Assembly (NCBI GenBank): GCA_963704885.1
Contig: CAVPIB010000001.1
Coordinates: 986,647-1,050,646 of the forward strand
From: an uncultured Actinomycetes bacterium
GTDB taxonomy: Bacteria > Actinomycetota > UBA4738 > HRBIN12
DNA: 64,000 nt
Direction: 5' to 3'
In this document: positions 61,417 through 64,000 of the stretch, piece after piece
Numbering within the stretch: the first letter of the stretch is position 1
Layout of the letters: each line of letters opens with the position of its first letter
Position numbers and translations under genes: made by a program
Notes under the pieces: model-generated
The model's database searches: none
The model's input: only the letters and a program-made list of their open reading frames with translations
What the model was told of the DNA's origin: nothing

Positions 61417-62643
61417 GCGACCGCCTCTCCCGGCCGCCGCGGGCGACCGATCGCGGCGCGTGGCGTCTCGTGGCGGCACGGGACTTCCGGGTGCGCCTGC
61501 GCGACAAGGGCTTCTTCATCTCGACCGGCATCACGCTCAGCGTGCTCACGGTGTTCATCGTGATCCGTGCCGTCGGCGGTGGTGCCACGCCGTCGTTCGA
61601 CCTCGGCCTCGTGGGCGATGACCCTGCGGCGCTCGAGCGGACGGCGGCCGAGCTTCGCGACGTCGCGGCGCGCGCGAGCATCGAGCTCCGACTCTCGCAC
61701 TGGGACGACGTCGCGTCGGCCGAACCGGCGCTGCGCAGCGGCAGGCTCGATGCGGCGCTCGACGGCGCGGATCCCGTCGGCGACGTCTCGGTGCCGCCCG
61801 CACTCACGGAACTCGTGCGGAACGCCGTAGCGCGGCAGCGGCTGCGAGCGGCCCTCGACGCCGCCGGGACGCCGGCGTCGGCGATCGAGGAGCTGCTCAA
61901 CCAGCCCGCGATCCGCGTTCGCACGCTCGAGCCGCAGGATCCCGACCGAGACGAGAACGCCGGCATCGCGTTCATCGCGGTGCTGCTGCGTACGGACAGC
62001 TGTTCGGCTACGGCGTGTGGGTGGCGACCGGCGTGATCGAGGAGAAGGCGTCCCGCGTCGTGGAGATCCTGCTCTCGGCGATCCGACCCCGGCAGCTGCT
62101 CGCGGGCAAGATCGCCGGCATCGGCCTGCTCGGCATCGTGCAGCTCGCGTTCATCGCGACGTACGCGATCGGACTCTCCCTCGTGATCGGTGCGCTCGAG
62201 CTTCCGGGCACCGCGGTCGGCATCGCGTTGGTCGTGCTCGCCTGGTTCGTGATGGGCTTCGCGTTCTACGCGGGCTTGTTCGCGGTCTCGGGCTCGCTGG
62301 TCTCGCGCATGGAGGAGCTGCAGAACGCCATGGTGCCGATCAACCTGATCATCTTCGTGTCGTTCTTCATCTCGATCGGTGCGCTCGAGTACCCCGACTC
62401 CACGCTCTCGGTGGTGGCGTCGGTGCTGCCGTTCTCGTCGGCCCTCGCGATGCCGGTGCGCATCGCGCTCGGCTCCGCGACCGCTGCCCAGATCGCCTTG
62501 TCGGTCACGCTGCTCGCGCCGGCACGGCGGCGCTCGTGCCGCTGTCGGCCCGCCTGTACGCGGGGGCCGTGCTGAAGACCGGCACCCGCGTCAAGCTGCG
62601 TGACGCCTGGCGATCGGCGCCGGCGGGCGGCAGTGAGGGCTGA
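61413..62643 (+). CDS. ABC-2 permease (NatB/YhaP-like), frameshifted
   Basis: LVAARDFRVR, VATGVIEEKASRVVEILLS…LLAGKI.GIG, MPVR, LKTG. Confidence 0.8.
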
Positions 62644-62647
62644 GGCG

Positions 62648-63520
62648 ATGGCGTCTTCCTGGACCCGGGAGAACCTGCGACACGCCCTGGGTGTCATCCG
62701 CCACGGCCAGAACCCGGCCGCGACGGTGTACGACAGCCTGGGCTCGGACTTCTTCGTCGCGCTCGCACCGGGGTGGCTCAACCTCGGCCTGTGGCAGGGC
62801 GACGGCAGCGACGCCGACGAGGCGCCGGTCGCGGTCCGCCGCCTCGTCGAGACGATCGCGGCCGAGCTGCCGGCCGCGGGCGACGTGCTCGACGTCGGCA
62901 ACGGCCTCGCCGAGCAGGACCCGGTGATCGCGCGGGTCGCCGAGGTCCGCTCGCTCACCGCGCTCAACATCACGCTGTCGCAGCTGGTGGCCGGGAAGCC
63001 GCGACTGGCCGAGGCGGGTGCGCACGGCGTGAACGGTGACGCCACACGTCTGCCGCTGCGCAGCGCTTCGTTCGCCGGCGTGATCAGCGTCGAGGCGGCG
63101 TTCCACTTCCCGTCGCGTGAGCGCTTCTTCGCCGAGGCGCTCCGCGTGTTGCGCCCGGGCGGGGTGCTGACGATGTCTGACATCCCGATCGTGCGCCTGC
63201 CACGCCGCCGGGGGAAGGCCTCGCCGCGTTCACGCAGCTCCGGGTGTGGGGCCTCGGCACGCATGCCGCCGCGACCACCGACGAGATCGTCGCGCTGGCG
63301 CTCGACGCCGGGTTCGTCGACGTGCGAGCCCAGTCGGTGGCCGATCGCGTGATCGGTCCCGCGCTGCGGTTCGTGCGCGACCGGCTCGTACGGCGGCCCG
63401 GGCCGACGCCAGCTCGATCTCGCCGTACGCCTCATGCTGCGACAGGTCGACCTGCTCTGGCGCCGCGGCATGCTCGACTACATCGTGCTGCGCGGCACGA
63501 AGCCGCTCGGCGTCTGTCTA
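62648..63520 (+). CDS. Class I SAM-dependent methyltransferase, frameshifted; end approximate
   Basis: WLNLGLW, VLDVGNG, VISVEAAFHF, LRVLRPGG. Confidence 0.8.
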
Positions 63521-64000
63521 GCTTGCTCGACTTCGGGAGCTTCGGGATCAGCCACCCGAGGAAGTCGGCGGGGCTCCGTGTCTGGATCCACAGGTTCCCA
63601 GGGCCGGTGAACGTGGCCACGAGCCCCTCGCCGAGAGCAGGGTCGACTTCCAGCCGCCGACCTTGTTGACCTCGTAGCCGATGCCCTCGTCGAAGGCGAC
63701 GATGTGGCCGGTGTCGATCTTCAGCACCTCGCCGGGGCCGAGCGGGCGCTGCTCGATCGCGCCGTAGCTCGACACGAGCATGTCGCCGGCGCCGGTGCAC
63801 CGCAGCAGGAACAGCCCCTCACCCGAGAAGAACGTCTTGGCGCCGCCCCACTTCGTGTCGACGACGCCGCGGCTCGGAGGCGAGCCACGAGCCGGACTGC
63901 ACCAAGATCGCCTTCGAGCTGTCGACGGGCAGATGGATGATGTCGCCCGGGAGTGCGGGAGCGACGATCACCTCACCGGGGCCGGCGCTGGCTGAGAACG
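63518..64000 (-). CDS. AIM24/TIGR00266-family protein, 5'-truncated and frameshifted
   Basis: GEGLF, VSSYGAI, IDTGHIVAF, GEGLVATFTGPGNLWIQTR. Confidence 0.8.

Overview
High-GC bacterial chromosomal window, most likely from a deep-branching member of Actinomycetota (inferred from the secA...prfB...ftsE-ftsX-smpB-ssrA gene order, an F420/PPOX enzyme, many leaderless -10/start arrangements and WhiG-like promoters). I found no prophage, IS element or CRISPR array. The window holds about 55 CDSs and a tmRNA. Core genes are secA, prfB with an intact programmed +1 frameshift, ftsEX, smpB and ssrA. Accessory genes include an OmpR-family two-component system, aconitase X subunits, a corrinoid/UroD-like/GcvT-like/paired flavoprotein cluster, a Calx-beta protein, agmatinase, an HD-GYP regulator with large PAS kinases, two MoxR loci, a Phd-RelE toxin-antitoxin pair, an iodotyrosine-deiodinase-like enzyme, and MFS and ABC transporters. 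The strongest leads are: (1) five sigma-28/WhiG-type promoters that outline a c-di-GMP-linked regulon, including a 45-aa zinc-ribbon ORF missing from the ORF track; (2) an apparently circularly permuted PafA-type alkaline phosphatase; (3) a candidate methylated-amine demethylation system with a shared TGACC-N3-GGTCA palindrome; (4) a possible ~2,000-aa double-transmitter histidine kinase; (5) non-canonical ACG/CTG starts. Many genes carry single-base indels, very densely after ~57.8 kb. This looks like low-coverage long-read error, so frame-dependent claims need read-level checking. All family calls come from motif recognition by eye; no database search was run.
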